From: a virus
Length of the DNA stretch: 64,000 nt
Reading direction: 5' to 3' (one strand)
Virus record (IMG/VR): IMGVR_UViG_3300045988_083604
Coordinates: 1 to 64,000 of that record
Part shown: positions 1 to 9,631 of the stretch, piece by piece
Numbering within the stretch: position 1 is the stretch's first letter
Layout of the letters: each line of letters opens with the position of its first letter
Notes under the pieces: generated by a model
Told to the model about the DNA's origin: nothing
Seen by the model: only the letters and a program-made list of their open reading frames with translations
Database searches by the model: none
Made by a program: the position numbers and the translations under genes

Positions 1-523
1 ATATTTTTTTCCTCTCTTCCTCTTGTTTGCTACGTAATTCTCTAACAGTCTTTACGAATTTTGCAAACTTTTCATCTTTGATAAGGATTATATATGCTTT
101 TTCTTTTATTGTATGAGATATAAATAGAACATCTCCCGCTTTCACCTCATTTGGATCAAAATCGATCACATAATTATCGTTTTCTGGTAATTTTAACGCA
201 CCATCTTGCTCAATGTAAAAAAACACGATATGCCAAATCCCATTTTATGTCTTCATTGCGAACAACATTTCCAGTCTCACTGTCTATGTTAAAGCATTCA
301 CCTGCTGTTATAATATTAACTTTCATGCGAACAATATTTTAAAGTTTTATTGTTTTTATATCGACGTTTTAGTTTAAATTTAAATAATTCATTTAGTAGA
401 ATATCATAATTGAAATCTAAATCTTTCATTTTATCAACTATGTCCTTAAATTGAAACATTATTATTTGATGTACAATCTATTCGTCTTCATTTAAATTTG
501 AACTTACTTGTTTACATACAGTA

Positions 524-922
524 TCAATTGTTGACTACGGCTACAACATCATAAATGCATATAATCTGTGTATCTTTTACAAGATCGAAATATTGTGCAG
601 CTCTATTTGGGTAAGCTATCGTGTCTCCGACTTTGATATCTGTATCTTTGTACTGATGTGGTACTTTCAACACTATTCCTTCTCTATAATCACAATCAAC
701 TTCTCTAGTCTCAGTTTTTGTACCTTCGAAATCAATTGCCTCAACACCGTCTTTATCTTTCTTCGGTTTCTTATCAACCGGAATTGGAACAACGAACTCT
801 TTCTTTACTTTCTTGAGAGGTAAAGGTTTTACGAGAAATTTAGTAAGTGTTTCGTATTTAATGTGATCACTCACACTTTCAGCAATTTTTGTCTGATCTG
901 TAACTTTAACTGTATTCATCAC
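524..922 (-). CDS. hypothetical protein, 132 aa; C-terminal half weakly GroES/Cpn10-like (GIVLKV...IKVGDTIAY)
   Basis: ORF track; 4-nt overlap with upstream ORF 919..1317; similarity judged by eye only. Confidence 0.5.
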   Translation of the reverse strand: MMNTVKVTDQTKIAESVSDHIKYETLTKFLVKPLPLKKVKKEFVVPIPVDKKPKKDKDGVEAIDFEGTKTETREVDCDYREGIVLKVPHQYKDTDIKVGDTIAYPNRAAQYFDLVKDTQIICIYDVVAVVNN

Positions 923-1317
923 TTCTTAAGAGATCTAAGGTAAGAAACTGTTTTAATAAGATTTCGAAGAACTGTCTCTTTCTCAATCTTTACACAAGCT
1001 GGAAGATTTTTCATATCCTCATCAAGATTATCAAGATCGGCATAATACGTCTCCAACATTGAATCCATTGTATCAAATACATTACAGAACTTATCAACTG
1101 GCTCAGAAAGATAACCATCTTCGATCAAAGCTTTTGCAAAATCTGGTGATATTGAATACACTGTTGTAGCTTTGCTTGTAATATCATCATTCTTACATAC
1201 TGAGTTATATTCAGTTGTGTGTGTATTTGTATACATCTTTCCGTCTTCGGAGAGCTCAAACGTTTCGCCGGGCTCCATCCAACCATACGGCTTAATAACT
1301 GTTAATGTTTTATTCAT
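919..1317 (-). CDS. hypothetical protein, 132 aa
   Basis: ORF track; co-oriented with and overlapping 524..922; followed by a divergent intergenic region. Confidence 0.55.
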   Translation of the reverse strand: MNKTLTVIKPYGWMEPGETFELSEDGKMYTNTHTTEYNSVCKNDDITSKATTVYSISPDFAKALIEDGYLSEPVDKFCNVFDTMDSMLETYYADLDNLDEDMKNLPACVKIEKETVLRNLIKTVSYLRSLKK

Positions 1318-1601
1318 ATTTTTTAATTTTATATTTTAACAAGGGTCTCACTACTTACATATCGTTTTCGTGGTATCTGCATCTGTAACGGGATTTTTTA
1401 TGCAAAAGGTTGCAACAACATAAAATTTTTTTATAAAAATGCAACTTTTTTATGTTTTTTACGTTATATGTATGTAAAAAGAAGGAGAAGAAGGGGGACT
1501 ATAGGGGGTTATTAAGGTAGTTTAAGCTGAGCTATATAAGTAATCTAGTAATATTGTAGTCTATATAATATTATAACCCTATAGTACTATATAACCTTTT
1601 A

Positions 1602-2054
1602 TTGTGTAAAGTAATATATAAATATATACAACATATGGATATAATAAACCCTAAGTATTATAAAGAACACCCTAGTGGTGTAGAATGTATAGATATAGCT
1701 AGACATTATTGTTTCAGTATAGGTAATGCTATAAAATATCTATGGAGAGCTGGTCTAAAAAAAGAAATTGGTATACACGATACTGCAAAAGAAATAGAAG
1801 ATCTTAATAAAGCAATTTGGTACATACAAGACAGAATAAAACAACTTAAAGAGATACAAAAACAATCTGTTGACGACATTGCAGATGGTGTTTCTGATCT
1901 ACTATTAGATCCAACTTCACATAAAGAACCATGCGTTGAAGATAGTAATTTCTGGGATAATACAGTTAGAGATTATGCCCATAAGGAATATAAACGATTA
2001 AAGAAAATCCAGCAAGAATATGATGAAAAAGAAACAAAAGAAGATGATAGATAA
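1602..2054 (+). CDS. DUF3310-family phage protein
   Basis: Motif IGNAIKYLWRAGLK plus KAIWYI, typical of DUF3310; the more likely start is ATG 1635. Confidence 0.7.
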   Translation: MCKVIYKYIQHMDIINPKYYKEHPSGVECIDIARHYCFSIGNAIKYLWRAGLKKEIGIHDTAKEIEDLNKAIWYIQDRIKQLKEIQKQSVDDIADGVSDLLLDPTSHKEPCVEDSNFWDNTVRDYAHKEYKRLKKIQQEYDEKETKEDDR

Positions 2055-2421
2055 ATATGATCCTGTGATATATCCAAGATTATTATATGTTTGTAAGAAC
2101 TGTACACTAAAGGATTTACGAGATCGTTTTACTACAAGAAAGGGATTAGAAATATCTGACGAATAGGATCCATCAAGTGAAACATTTACATTCTACGCTA
2201 TTGATAAGAAAACTAAAGACTGGGTAATTCTAGTTTGTATAGGTTACAAATCTGATAGTATGGAAGATTATATATCTGATATCTGTCATGAAGCAGAACA
2301 TGTGAAACAATCAATCTTTGAAGATATAGGATTACCTACAACAGTAGATTCACAAGAAGCAGATGCCTATTTAGTAGGATGGGCTGCAAAATGTATATAC
2401 ACAACTTTTATAAAGAAATAA
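2020..2421 (+). CDS. small HExxH-motif protein (CHEAEHV) interrupted by one in-frame TAG at 2164..2166; 133 codons if TAG is read through
   Basis: Hand translation of the frame starting at 2020: open from ATG 2020/2023/2044 to TAA 2419 except for a single TAG; both halves are under 60 aa and so absent from the ORF track. Confidence 0.5.
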
Positions 2422-2422
2422 T

Positions 2423-3061
2423 ATGAAATTAGCATCACATAACAGTTTAAGTTTTGTAAAACCATATAGTTGGTGGGAGAAATTAATAAATTTTACATCA
2501 AAGTGCCAATCACTTGATATACAATCACAATATGCAAATGGAGTACGTTTATTTGACATGAGATTACGTAGAAAGTGGATTTCTTGTTGTTCGCATGACT
2601 ATGATGCAATAGCTGCTCACGGATTAATAGAATATAGAAGCATTGATGTTTCCAATACATTGTATTATCTTAACAGCAAATCAACAAAAGATGATCCTGT
2701 ATATATACAATTAAATCTTGAAAATCTTAAGTCTGACGGAGATAGAGATTATGTATGGTTTGAAGAATTATTTAAAGAATGCTCAGAGCGTTATCCAAAT
2801 CTAATATTCTGTGGAGGATATGCTAAACACCCATGGCGTAAGATCATAGATTGTGAAGATCCTTCTATATGTCAAAAGAATTGGGAATTTTTTAATTATA
2901 AAGATCAACCTACTACACGAAAAAAGATAAAGTGTTTCTTTTCAAATTTATTACACTTTTCCCCAAAATACTGGGCTAAAAAGAATAATCAAAAATATAA
3001 ATCTGATGGTACGTCTGCTGATTTCTTAATGTTAGATTTTGTACAATATGGGGACATTTGA
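2423..3061 (+). CDS. hypothetical protein; possible PLC-like phosphodiesterase fold
   Basis: ORF track; SHNS...GVRLFDMRLR resembles the catalytic region of the PI-PLC X domain; by eye only. Confidence 0.35.
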   Translation: MKLASHNSLSFVKPYSWWEKLINFTSKCQSLDIQSQYANGVRLFDMRLRRKWISCCSHDYDAIAAHGLIEYRSIDVSNTLYYLNSKSTKDDPVYIQLNLENLKSDGDRDYVWFEELFKECSERYPNLIFCGGYAKHPWRKIIDCEDPSICQKNWEFFNYKDQPTTRKKIKCFFSNLLHFSPKYWAKKNNQKYKSDGTSADFLMLDFVQYGDI

Positions 3062-3581
3062 TTTCTTAAAAGCTGTAAGTTTAAATGCTGTATTATATTA
3101 TGCAGATTACTTAAGTTTATATTATACTTCAATACCTGTAACAGATACGTGTAAATATTTTATAATTTATGGGACACCAGTGAATGCTGCATATATGGAT
3201 GGACATTCTCCTATATATGATGAAAATAATCAATATTATAAACAAGCATTAGACGAATTATATAACATTCAAGCTAAAACAGGTAGATCCGGTATGATTT
3301 CATTCTTACAAAATTTATGCAATGTATTTGCTAGAGGATGTGTTAATGGAGAACAAATGTTAGATTGTATATTATATTATAAATCAAAGCGTGAAAAGAA
3401 AGATGCTAGAGCCAAATATAAAAACTATGTATCTAATATACGATATGAGCTACAACAAGAAGAAGACGGCGAATTGTACACCGTAGAATGTACAAAATAT
3501 GTAAAACACAACGGTATCAAACCTAATTACGATGACTGCGAAAAAATTAATAGATTATTTAAAGGATCCTTAGATGATTAA
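3039..3581 (+). CDS. hypothetical protein, 180 aa
   Basis: ORF track; tightly packed in a co-oriented gene array. Confidence 0.6.
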   Translation: MYNMGTFDFLKAVSLNAVLYYADYLSLYYTSIPVTDTCKYFIIYGTPVNAAYMDGHSPIYDENNQYYKQALDELYNIQAKTGRSGMISFLQNLCNVFARGCVNGEQMLDCILYYKSKREKKDARAKYKNYVSNIRYELQQEEDGELYTVECTKYVKHNGIKPNYDDCEKINRLFKGSLDD

Positions 3582-3592
3582 AGCAATAAAAG

Positions 3593-3814
3593 ATGCAACC
3601 AAAAGAGAAAACAAACGTTATAGATCAGGCGACTACAACATCTCTGATTACACGGGACAAAGTGGTGAGATATGACTTCCAAGGTTGGCCAGAATACCAA
3701 ATAAGGGTTATAGATCTCTTAAAAGTATTAAATATCCCAATAGATAATATATCTAAAGATATATTAGAAAAGCATATAGAAGTACTTGAAGATGATGGGA
3801 TGGGCTATGCGTAG
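3593..3814 (+). CDS. hypothetical protein, 73 aa; terminates at TAG
   Basis: ORF track; stop codon TAG at 3812..3814. Confidence 0.5.
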   Translation: MQPKEKTNVIDQATTTSLITRDKVVRYDFQGWPEYQIRVIDLLKVLNIPIDNISKDILEKHIEVLEDDGMGYA

Positions 3815-3864
3815 AAGACGTATAAAGCTGTAGATTGTGGAATAGATAATGATAAAATAAATAT

Positions 3865-4767
3865 TTGGATATGAGACTTATAAAATCTAATGTAGAACAA
3901 ATAAAACAGAAAAAAGGTTTATCCGGCATTAAAAAACAGATAGAAATAGCTGGTAGAACATGTTATAAATCTGAAGATAAAATAACAAATAAAAGCTGTG
4001 AAGAGTTTGTACAACGTATGATAAATTCAGGTCATACTGCGATGTTAGAGCATGGGACAGTATATTTAACAGTACCTGCAGAAGATGCAAACAATGGTTA
4101 TAAATATTCATTTAATAAGTATTCTAAAGTTAATTTTGACCCTACAGGTAAAGATACTAATATATACGTAACTACAAACTATAGAGTTATAACTGAAAAC
4201 AAGTGGGAAGATGACCTTAAATACCTTACAGAACCTACAAAAAACCACGAAAAACGTCTCACATTCCGTATAATATGTGATAGAATTACATCACAATCAA
4301 TAGTACGACACAGAGTTATGTCTTTCGCACAAGAATCTACAAGATATTGTAATTATGCCAAAGATAAATTCAACAGTGAGATAACATATGTAATTCCAAC
4401 ATGGTTAGAAGATAAATTACCAGAAGGTCAATATGTAGAATGGGATGGTGATTGGTGTGATATTGAAAAATTCACAATACAACATCATATTGACAACAGC
4501 GTTGAAAATGAATTTGTACAAACATTACAAAATTCAGAGTATTCATACATGTATTTCATAGAAAATGGATGGAAACCACAGCAAGCACGTAGTGTTCTCC
4601 CAAATGCCTTGAAAACAGAGATAATTGTAACTGGATTTATATCAGATTGGCTTAGATTTATAGCCATGAGAACAGCTCCAAATGCTCACCCAGACATACA
4701 AAAATTAGCAAATATAATATTGACAGATAAAGAGATTAAAAAGTATATAATAACAGATAAAAAATAA
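3865..4767 (+). CDS. thyX: FAD-dependent thymidylate synthase ThyX
   Basis: ThyX signature RHRxxSxxxxSxRY present as VRHRVMSFAQESTRY; probable ATG at 3871. Confidence 0.85.
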   Translation: MDMRLIKSNVEQIKQKKGLSGIKKQIEIAGRTCYKSEDKITNKSCEEFVQRMINSGHTAMLEHGTVYLTVPAEDANNGYKYSFNKYSKVNFDPTGKDTNIYVTTNYRVITENKWEDDLKYLTEPTKNHEKRLTFRIICDRITSQSIVRHRVMSFAQESTRYCNYAKDKFNSEITYVIPTWLEDKLPEGQYVEWDGDWCDIEKFTIQHHIDNSVENEFVQTLQNSEYSYMYFIENGWKPQQARSVLPNALKTEIIVTGFISDWLRFIAMRTAPNAHPDIQKLANIILTDKEIKKYIITDKK

Positions 4768-5268
4768 GATGAATAAAGTTATAAAACCATTAGGATATTG
4801 TAATAAAGTTACAGAAATTACAAGAGATAATATTAATAATATTGTTATAAATGCCTTAAACGTTTTAAAACATAAAACAAACAATAAATAATATGGGAGC
4901 GATAATTATAACGATAGTAAGTTGTATAGTATCATTTACAGTAGGTTATTTTATAGGCTATTGTGATGGTGTAAGATATTGAATTATGATAGAGAGTACA
5001 TTTCTCCTAGTAGGAGTTTTTATAGGGTATTATGCATGTTTAGTATTACATAAAGATAAATAATATATATGATCATCGGGGTTGACTTTGTCGATCTCGA
5101 TTTTTTTATGTCACTACGTTTGCACAATATAATTGAGAGTAAAAATTAAAAATTTTATTTTTTTTATTATAAGTGTGTAAAAATGTGAAACAGCAAATTT
5201 CAGACTCCCGTACCTGTTCTCGGAATGAAAGTGCCCGTATTGGGTTGCTATCCGTAAATGTGAATTTT

Positions 5269-5712
5269 ATGAAAAACGTTATTACTAAGGTCGTTGTAAA
5301 ATCGTTGGAGCTGTCGAAAACGGTAGATAATTCGTTGCAAGTCGAATGCGAGTCGTTAACGGACTTCGCAAATATGTCGGTAGAGGATATATTACTCTCT
5401 GGCGGTGTGCGCAAATATGTTTTTTTCTTAAAAAATTGTGCGGACAAGAAAGATATACTCACAACAGCATTAGTCAATAAGGACACGCACGTAATTGTAT
5501 ATACGTTCGATGTGTCGGAAATCGTAGTGGGTAAATCGTCCGTTAATGTTGTATCTGATGGAGAAGTGACTGGAACATATACGGCACTTACATATGTGTT
5601 GCCGTGTAAGGCTGATTTTCAACCATCGGAGCAAGATGTCGAAGGCGCAAAACAAGCGTTAACCGCACAAGTCGATAGACGTGTTGCAGCTGGTACGTAC
5701 GAACTTGTATGA
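5269..5712 (+). CDS. hypothetical protein, about 147 aa, GC-richer than neighbours
   Basis: ORF track 5173..5712, trimmed to the first ATG (MKNVITK); antisense shadow ORF 5106..5486; followed by a GAAA-loop hairpin at 5719..5745. Confidence 0.55.
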   Translation: MKNVITKVVVKSLELSKTVDNSLQVECESLTDFANMSVEDILLSGGVRKYVFFLKNCADKKDILTTALVNKDTHVIVYTFDVSEIVVGKSSVNVVSDGEVTGTYTALTYVLPCKADFQPSEQDVEGAKQALTAQVDRRVAAGTYELV

Positions 5713-6702
5713 CTTATTGGAGGGCAGTCGAAAGACTGTCTCTCCTTGCGTAATTAGTGTCACATTTGCCATTTACATAGAGAAATTCCTTCTTAATATA
5801 TAGCTTTTTACGAAACTTTATATAAATCCTGATTCAAACTTTAAATTCGGAATTATACATTCTGATGAGTTAACCGATGACGGTTGAGGTGAATACAACA
5901 CCAAGAACAGAAATAAATGTACAAGTATGTGTACGCTCACAAACATGCTTGATAAAGAGAGCTGGCAATACGGAAAGACGTATAAACTTGGTTAGTCATA
6001 TGGCCTGGTAAACCATATGCCGTCTTAATATAACTAAGGTTATATTGGTATGTAAGACGAAATGTTTTAACATCGCATTATATACATTGTATAGGTGTAC
6101 TGGAATGACATACCTGAGTCCAGTAGTCGGAATAGTTCCTGCAGATATTATTCTGTACTGATGTTATGTGTAATCGGGTGGTTACCGCACACTGATTACG
6201 ACGTTGTAGATGTACGACTACAATGTTTAATTAATTATGACAAGTCCTGAGCATGACTATAAACTGCTCATTTTTAATACATTTATGTTGTAATGTAGCC
6301 TTTGGCGGTTCCAAGCCCGCATGAGAAATACAGAGGACAACGAAACACACAGGTTTCACATCATAGTACACGTGATGTAAACGTATTGTATGTAAAAAGT
6401 ATCTAGTTCCTATCAGGCTTCTAAATGGAAAGGATATACATACAATACAGTGTACAATTCATAGTTAAATTATTAATTATGAAAGAAAGCCTGGTCATCC
6501 ACCGCAATGTCGAGAAGTGCGGTAGTAATAGAGCGACATCTGTTACGAACTATGTTCAACGGTCTACTTACGTTGTATGATAAGCATAGTTAGTACATTT
6601 TACCAGATGTACAATTCCAACTAAATTGGTCAATAGTTGTATGTCGCATAATCCCTGTAGGTGAGTAGACCACTTGCACTGCAGCTACAGGGATGTTTTA
6701 AA
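5713..6702 (+). ncRNA. ORF-free, helix-rich region of about 1 kb; candidate large structured RNA of unknown class
   Basis: No ORF of 60 aa or more on either strand. Many local hairpins (catatgg/ccatatg, accg-atga-cggt, ttgtag/ctacaa) and a long-range 7-bp pairing gtagtcg(6122-6128)/cgactac(6214-6220). Confidence 0.35.
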
Positions 6703-6780
6703 TGCCTCTTAGCTCAAAAGCCAGAGCCTCACAGATGTAATATCATGCGAGAGATGATGGTTCGAATCCATCAGAGGTAA
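6703..6780 (+). ncRNA. tRNA-like element with canonical acceptor, D and T arms but no 7-nt anticodon loop
   Basis: Acceptor tgcctct/agaggta (U1-A72); D arm gctc-aaaagcca-gagc; T arm gatgg-ttcgaat-ccatc. The 27 nt in between fold only into an irregular extended stem. Confidence 0.4.
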
Positions 6781-6801
6781 CTTCTTTTATAGGTTTAGTG
6801 T

Positions 6802-6840
6802 GAGGGTGAACTGTTCGTGAGAATCGTTCACTCTTATTTT
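6802..6840 (+). terminator. conserved-loop hairpin plus T-tract (family member 1)
   Basis: Stem gtgaac/gttcac, loop tgttcgtgagaatc, then tcttatttt. Confidence 0.55.
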
Positions 6841-7213
6841 ATTTAATACAGCTTGGGAGTTTATAAAATACAATAACATAAAATTAAAACATAATCAATA
6901 TGCGAGAAAAAGTAATAGAGTTTATTGTAGCTAATACGTCCTTTAGTTACGATGAACTTAAAACGTGGTCTAACAAAGAGTTAGATGACTTTATGGGACG
7001 TGCTTTTCCAGTAGAATATTAAAAAACATTATCAAGTATGAATAAATACAATCCTGAAGAACTAAGTGTTGCTATCAAAGCAGCACTTAATAAAGGTATC
7101 AAAGGAGAAAGAAATCGCAGAACATCTTAGTAGATATTTTGGAGTATTGATAACAGAAGCTAAATTTGGAGATCTTAAAGACTTCTCCGTTTTAGCATAT
7201 AAACCTGAAAACA

Positions 7214-7414
7214 ATGAGTAAATTAATGCTATCTTTCACAGCCACATTTTGTGCTACAATGTGTGCTGTTCTACTATATGTAGAAAGAGATAATTTAAGT
7301 ACTAGCACAGACGAAAATATTATTTTGAGTATACTTTTTGCGGTAATTGCCATATTGTCATTCTTGATATTCTATAAAGAGTGCAATGATTGGTTTCACT
7401 TAAATGAAGAATAA
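7214..7414 (+). CDS. small membrane protein, 66 aa
   Basis: ORF track; two hydrophobic segments. Confidence 0.5.
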   Translation: MSKLMLSFTATFCATMCAVLLYVERDNLSTSTDENIILSILFAVIAILSFLIFYKECNDWFHLNEE

Positions 7415-7715
7415 GGTTATGAAAATGGAAACAAAATATCTTATTGTAGATACGATAGGACTTGTTCTTATTTTCTGTCTCTCACTAACTTCAGCAATTG
7501 CACAATGCTCAACTGAGCGTGATAACAAGCGATTAACTGAAATAATTGAAAGACAGAAAAAGCTTATTGAAAAATATAAGCAGTTTGAAGATATATCTGT
7601 ACAAATCTACATTAACCAAGTAGATAGTACAGGTGATACATTCGATAGCTCGGACAATGGAGTGTTATTTTGGAACACTCTATCGGAAATCGATAGTCTA
7701 AGAAACTTAAAGTAG
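7404..7715 (+). CDS. small membrane-anchored protein, 103 aa; terminates at TAG
   Basis: ORF track; N-terminal hydrophobic segment; overlaps the previous ORF. Confidence 0.5.
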   Translation: MKNKVMKMETKYLIVDTIGLVLIFCLSLTSAIAQCSTERDNKRLTEIIERQKKLIEKYKQFEDISVQIYINQVDSTGDTFDSSDNGVLFWNTLSEIDSLRNLK

Positions 7716-7750
7716 TTCCATATCATTTACATTTTAAAATTAGACAAGGG

Positions 7751-7780
7751 CTCTACGGTTCGTGAGAATAGTAGAGTTTT
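7751..7780 (+). terminator. conserved-loop hairpin plus T-tract (family member 2)
   Basis: Stem ctctac/gtagag, loop ggttcgtgagaata, then tttt. Confidence 0.6.
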
Positions 7781-7921
7781 AACCATTACTGATGAGTCTT
7801 TGAAAATTAAGACGAAACACGAAAGTGTCTAATGGAGCCATATTTAGAATTTTGACTGTAATTCCTTTGTGTAATATCAAAGGGAACAATACTGGTCTGT
7901 GAAGATAGGTATTGTTTTTAT

Positions 7922-7992
7922 TGGACTATGGTGTAATGGGAACACAACAGTTTTTGGCGCTGTTGTTCCAGGTTCGAATCCTGGTAGTCCAA
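7922..7992 (+). tRNA. tRNA-Gln(UUG)
   Basis: Hand-folded cloverleaf: acceptor tggacta/tagtcca (U1-A72), D arm gtgt-aatggga-acac, anticodon arm acagt-ttTTGgc-gctgt, T arm ccagg-ttcgaat-cctgg; no encoded CCA. Confidence 0.85.
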
Positions 7993-8062
7993 CTAATAAC
8001 GATATAGGCAGAGTCAGCAATGCTATGCAATTTGTTTTTAATTGTTTATATTTATTAATTTT

Positions 8063-8092
8063 CTACACGATTCGTAAGAATAGTGTAGTTTT
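8063..8092 (+). terminator. conserved-loop hairpin plus T-tract (family member 3)
   Basis: Stem ctacac/gtgtag, loop gattcgtaagaata, then tttt. Confidence 0.6.
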
Positions 8093-8123
8093 CTTAGATT
8101 ACTCATTAAATATATATATATAC

Positions 8124-8588
8124 ATGACCGCAGAAGAATTTTTGAAAAACGACAATTCTTATCTTGTTGTCCCACATAAAACTACAAACATTTTCAGTAA
8201 GGCTTTTTGGGAAGAAGCTGATAATAAAAACCTTAACCATAAATTTGCAGGTTCCAAAGGAAATCAACGTGAAGCTTATGAAGCCGGAGTTAAGATAGGA
8301 TGGGAAGAAGCTACTAGAACTCTTAAGGATTCTTTGAAAGTTCCTAATAATGTTAACCTTACTGATAAAGAATATAAAGATATAATAGCACTTCTTAGTG
8401 CTTTTGGTTATCAATTTACATATATTAATCTTAATCCTTACATGGGTAATACAGGAAATTTAGTTCCAGGACTTAATATTTGTAAGAATATATCAGCTAT
8501 TGAAGCAGGTGTAGTTTTATCAGAAGAAGATAAGCAAGAAGTAATAAAAACTTTAAAAGAAAAAGCTAACCCACGTTTATTTAGTTAA
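8124..8588 (+). CDS. hypothetical protein, about 154 aa
   Basis: ORF track 7899..8588, trimmed to ATG 8124 because the upstream part overlaps tRNA-Gln and a terminator hairpin. Confidence 0.55.
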   Translation: MTAEEFLKNDNSYLVVPHKTTNIFSKAFWEEADNKNLNHKFAGSKGNQREAYEAGVKIGWEEATRTLKDSLKVPNNVNLTDKEYKDIIALLSAFGYQFTYINLNPYMGNTGNLVPGLNICKNISAIEAGVVLSEEDKQEVIKTLKEKANPRLFS

Positions 8589-8611
8589 AAATTATTTTAT
8601 ATGATTATCTC

Positions 8612-8736
8612 GGACATGTCTATGGTAGAAAGCAAAAGTCACACCGAAAGTCGTGAGTTCAATTCTCACCATATATAACCTTACCATAATTAATCGGTGT
8701 TGGCAGTAAAAATAAGTTCGATTCTTATCATGTCCA
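8612..8736 (+). ncRNA. 125-nt tRNA-like element with two T-arm-like hairpins
   Basis: Outer acceptor-like helix ggacatg/catgtcc; T arm ataag-ttcgatt-cttat next to the 3' strand; D-loop-like tatggtaga. An internal 7-bp helix acaccga/tcggtgt encloses a second hairpin gtgag-ttcaatt-ctcac. Confidence 0.3.
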
Positions 8737-9062
8737 CTACAAGCTATTTGTAAGTCCAAGACATCAGCTTATTAACTTCTTTATGTGACAGATAAAGAAG
8801 ATTTTAAATTCTAAACAATAGTATTGCAATACGTTTAGACAAGGACGCACGTAGTAGGTGAAGAGGAGTAGCTAATCCAAATTACCGAAACCTTGTAAAA
8901 TCCCCGTGCACGCATACAGAGTGATTCACTGTGAAGAATTTCGTAATTTCCTTAGGTCTCTATTGATGTTGTGAATAATAGTAGCAATGGTTAAAATGAG
9001 AATATTGCCTGTAGAAACAGGAATTTGGGCATTAAATTAAATCCTAGCCCGGGGTAAATAAA

Positions 9063-9356
9063 ATGAAAACAGAGCACAAATCAATTGTAGCAGTTTCAAC
9101 AGATGGTACTTATGCTGTACGAGCATTGTTTGATAAAAATTATCAGCTATGTGATATACAGCCAAGAGTACAAGGTAAATTTGTAGATGGTCGTTTTCGC
9201 AGCGTAACACAAGAGACGCTGAACATGTATCACGGTCAACCTTATGACGTGTGTCATGATGAAGTACTAATTAACTTAAAATGGATAGCTGACAATGAAA
9301 GAAACACATTCGAAGAAGGTTTTGCAGAACCAAGTGAATCCGCCGAAGAAGAGTAA
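9063..9356 (+). CDS. hypothetical protein, 97 aa
   Basis: ORF track. Confidence 0.55.
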   Translation: MKTEHKSIVAVSTDGTYAVRALFDKNYQLCDIQPRVQGKFVDGRFRSVTQETLNMYHGQPYDVCHDEVLINLKWIADNERNTFEEGFAEPSESAEEE

Positions 9357-9631
9357 GTGGAACCAAAAGTGTTGGAAAATATATTTCAAACACGATGGAT
9401 GTTCAATGTTGTTATTTGACAACTTGACAGGTGTTAATGCCATGATACGCGCAAAAACGTTATCAAGGTTATACAACAGCTGGAAAGGCAAGTTTATCAT
9501 TACAAAATAAGTTAATTATGGAAAAGACAATAATAATGCCTGGACAATTTGTGACATTCGAAAATGCAATATACAAAGCTAAAAAATGTTACACGAATAA
9601 GATTTAAAAGATCTATTAATAAAACGAAAAA

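Noticed and set aside
151-342. Plus-strand 63-aa ORF
   Set aside because: It has a TTG start and lies opposite better minus-strand reading frames, at the end of a minus-strand gene cluster.
5862-5900. Hammerhead-like CUGAUGAG followed by a 7-bp stem (ttaaccg-atga-cggttga)
   Set aside because: The required GAA plus A15.1 and the stem I/III pairings do not line up after stem II, so the core is incomplete.
6113-6225. Group I intron R/S pair in the 1-kb region (agtccagtagtcgg and gtacgactacaa)
   Set aside because: The order is wrong on both strands, with the S-like string before the R-like string. It is better explained as a simple long-range helix.
7899-8123. N-terminal 75 codons of ORF 7899..8588
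   Set aside because: They overlap the canonical tRNA-Gln and a terminator hairpin. The ORF was trimmed to ATG 8124.
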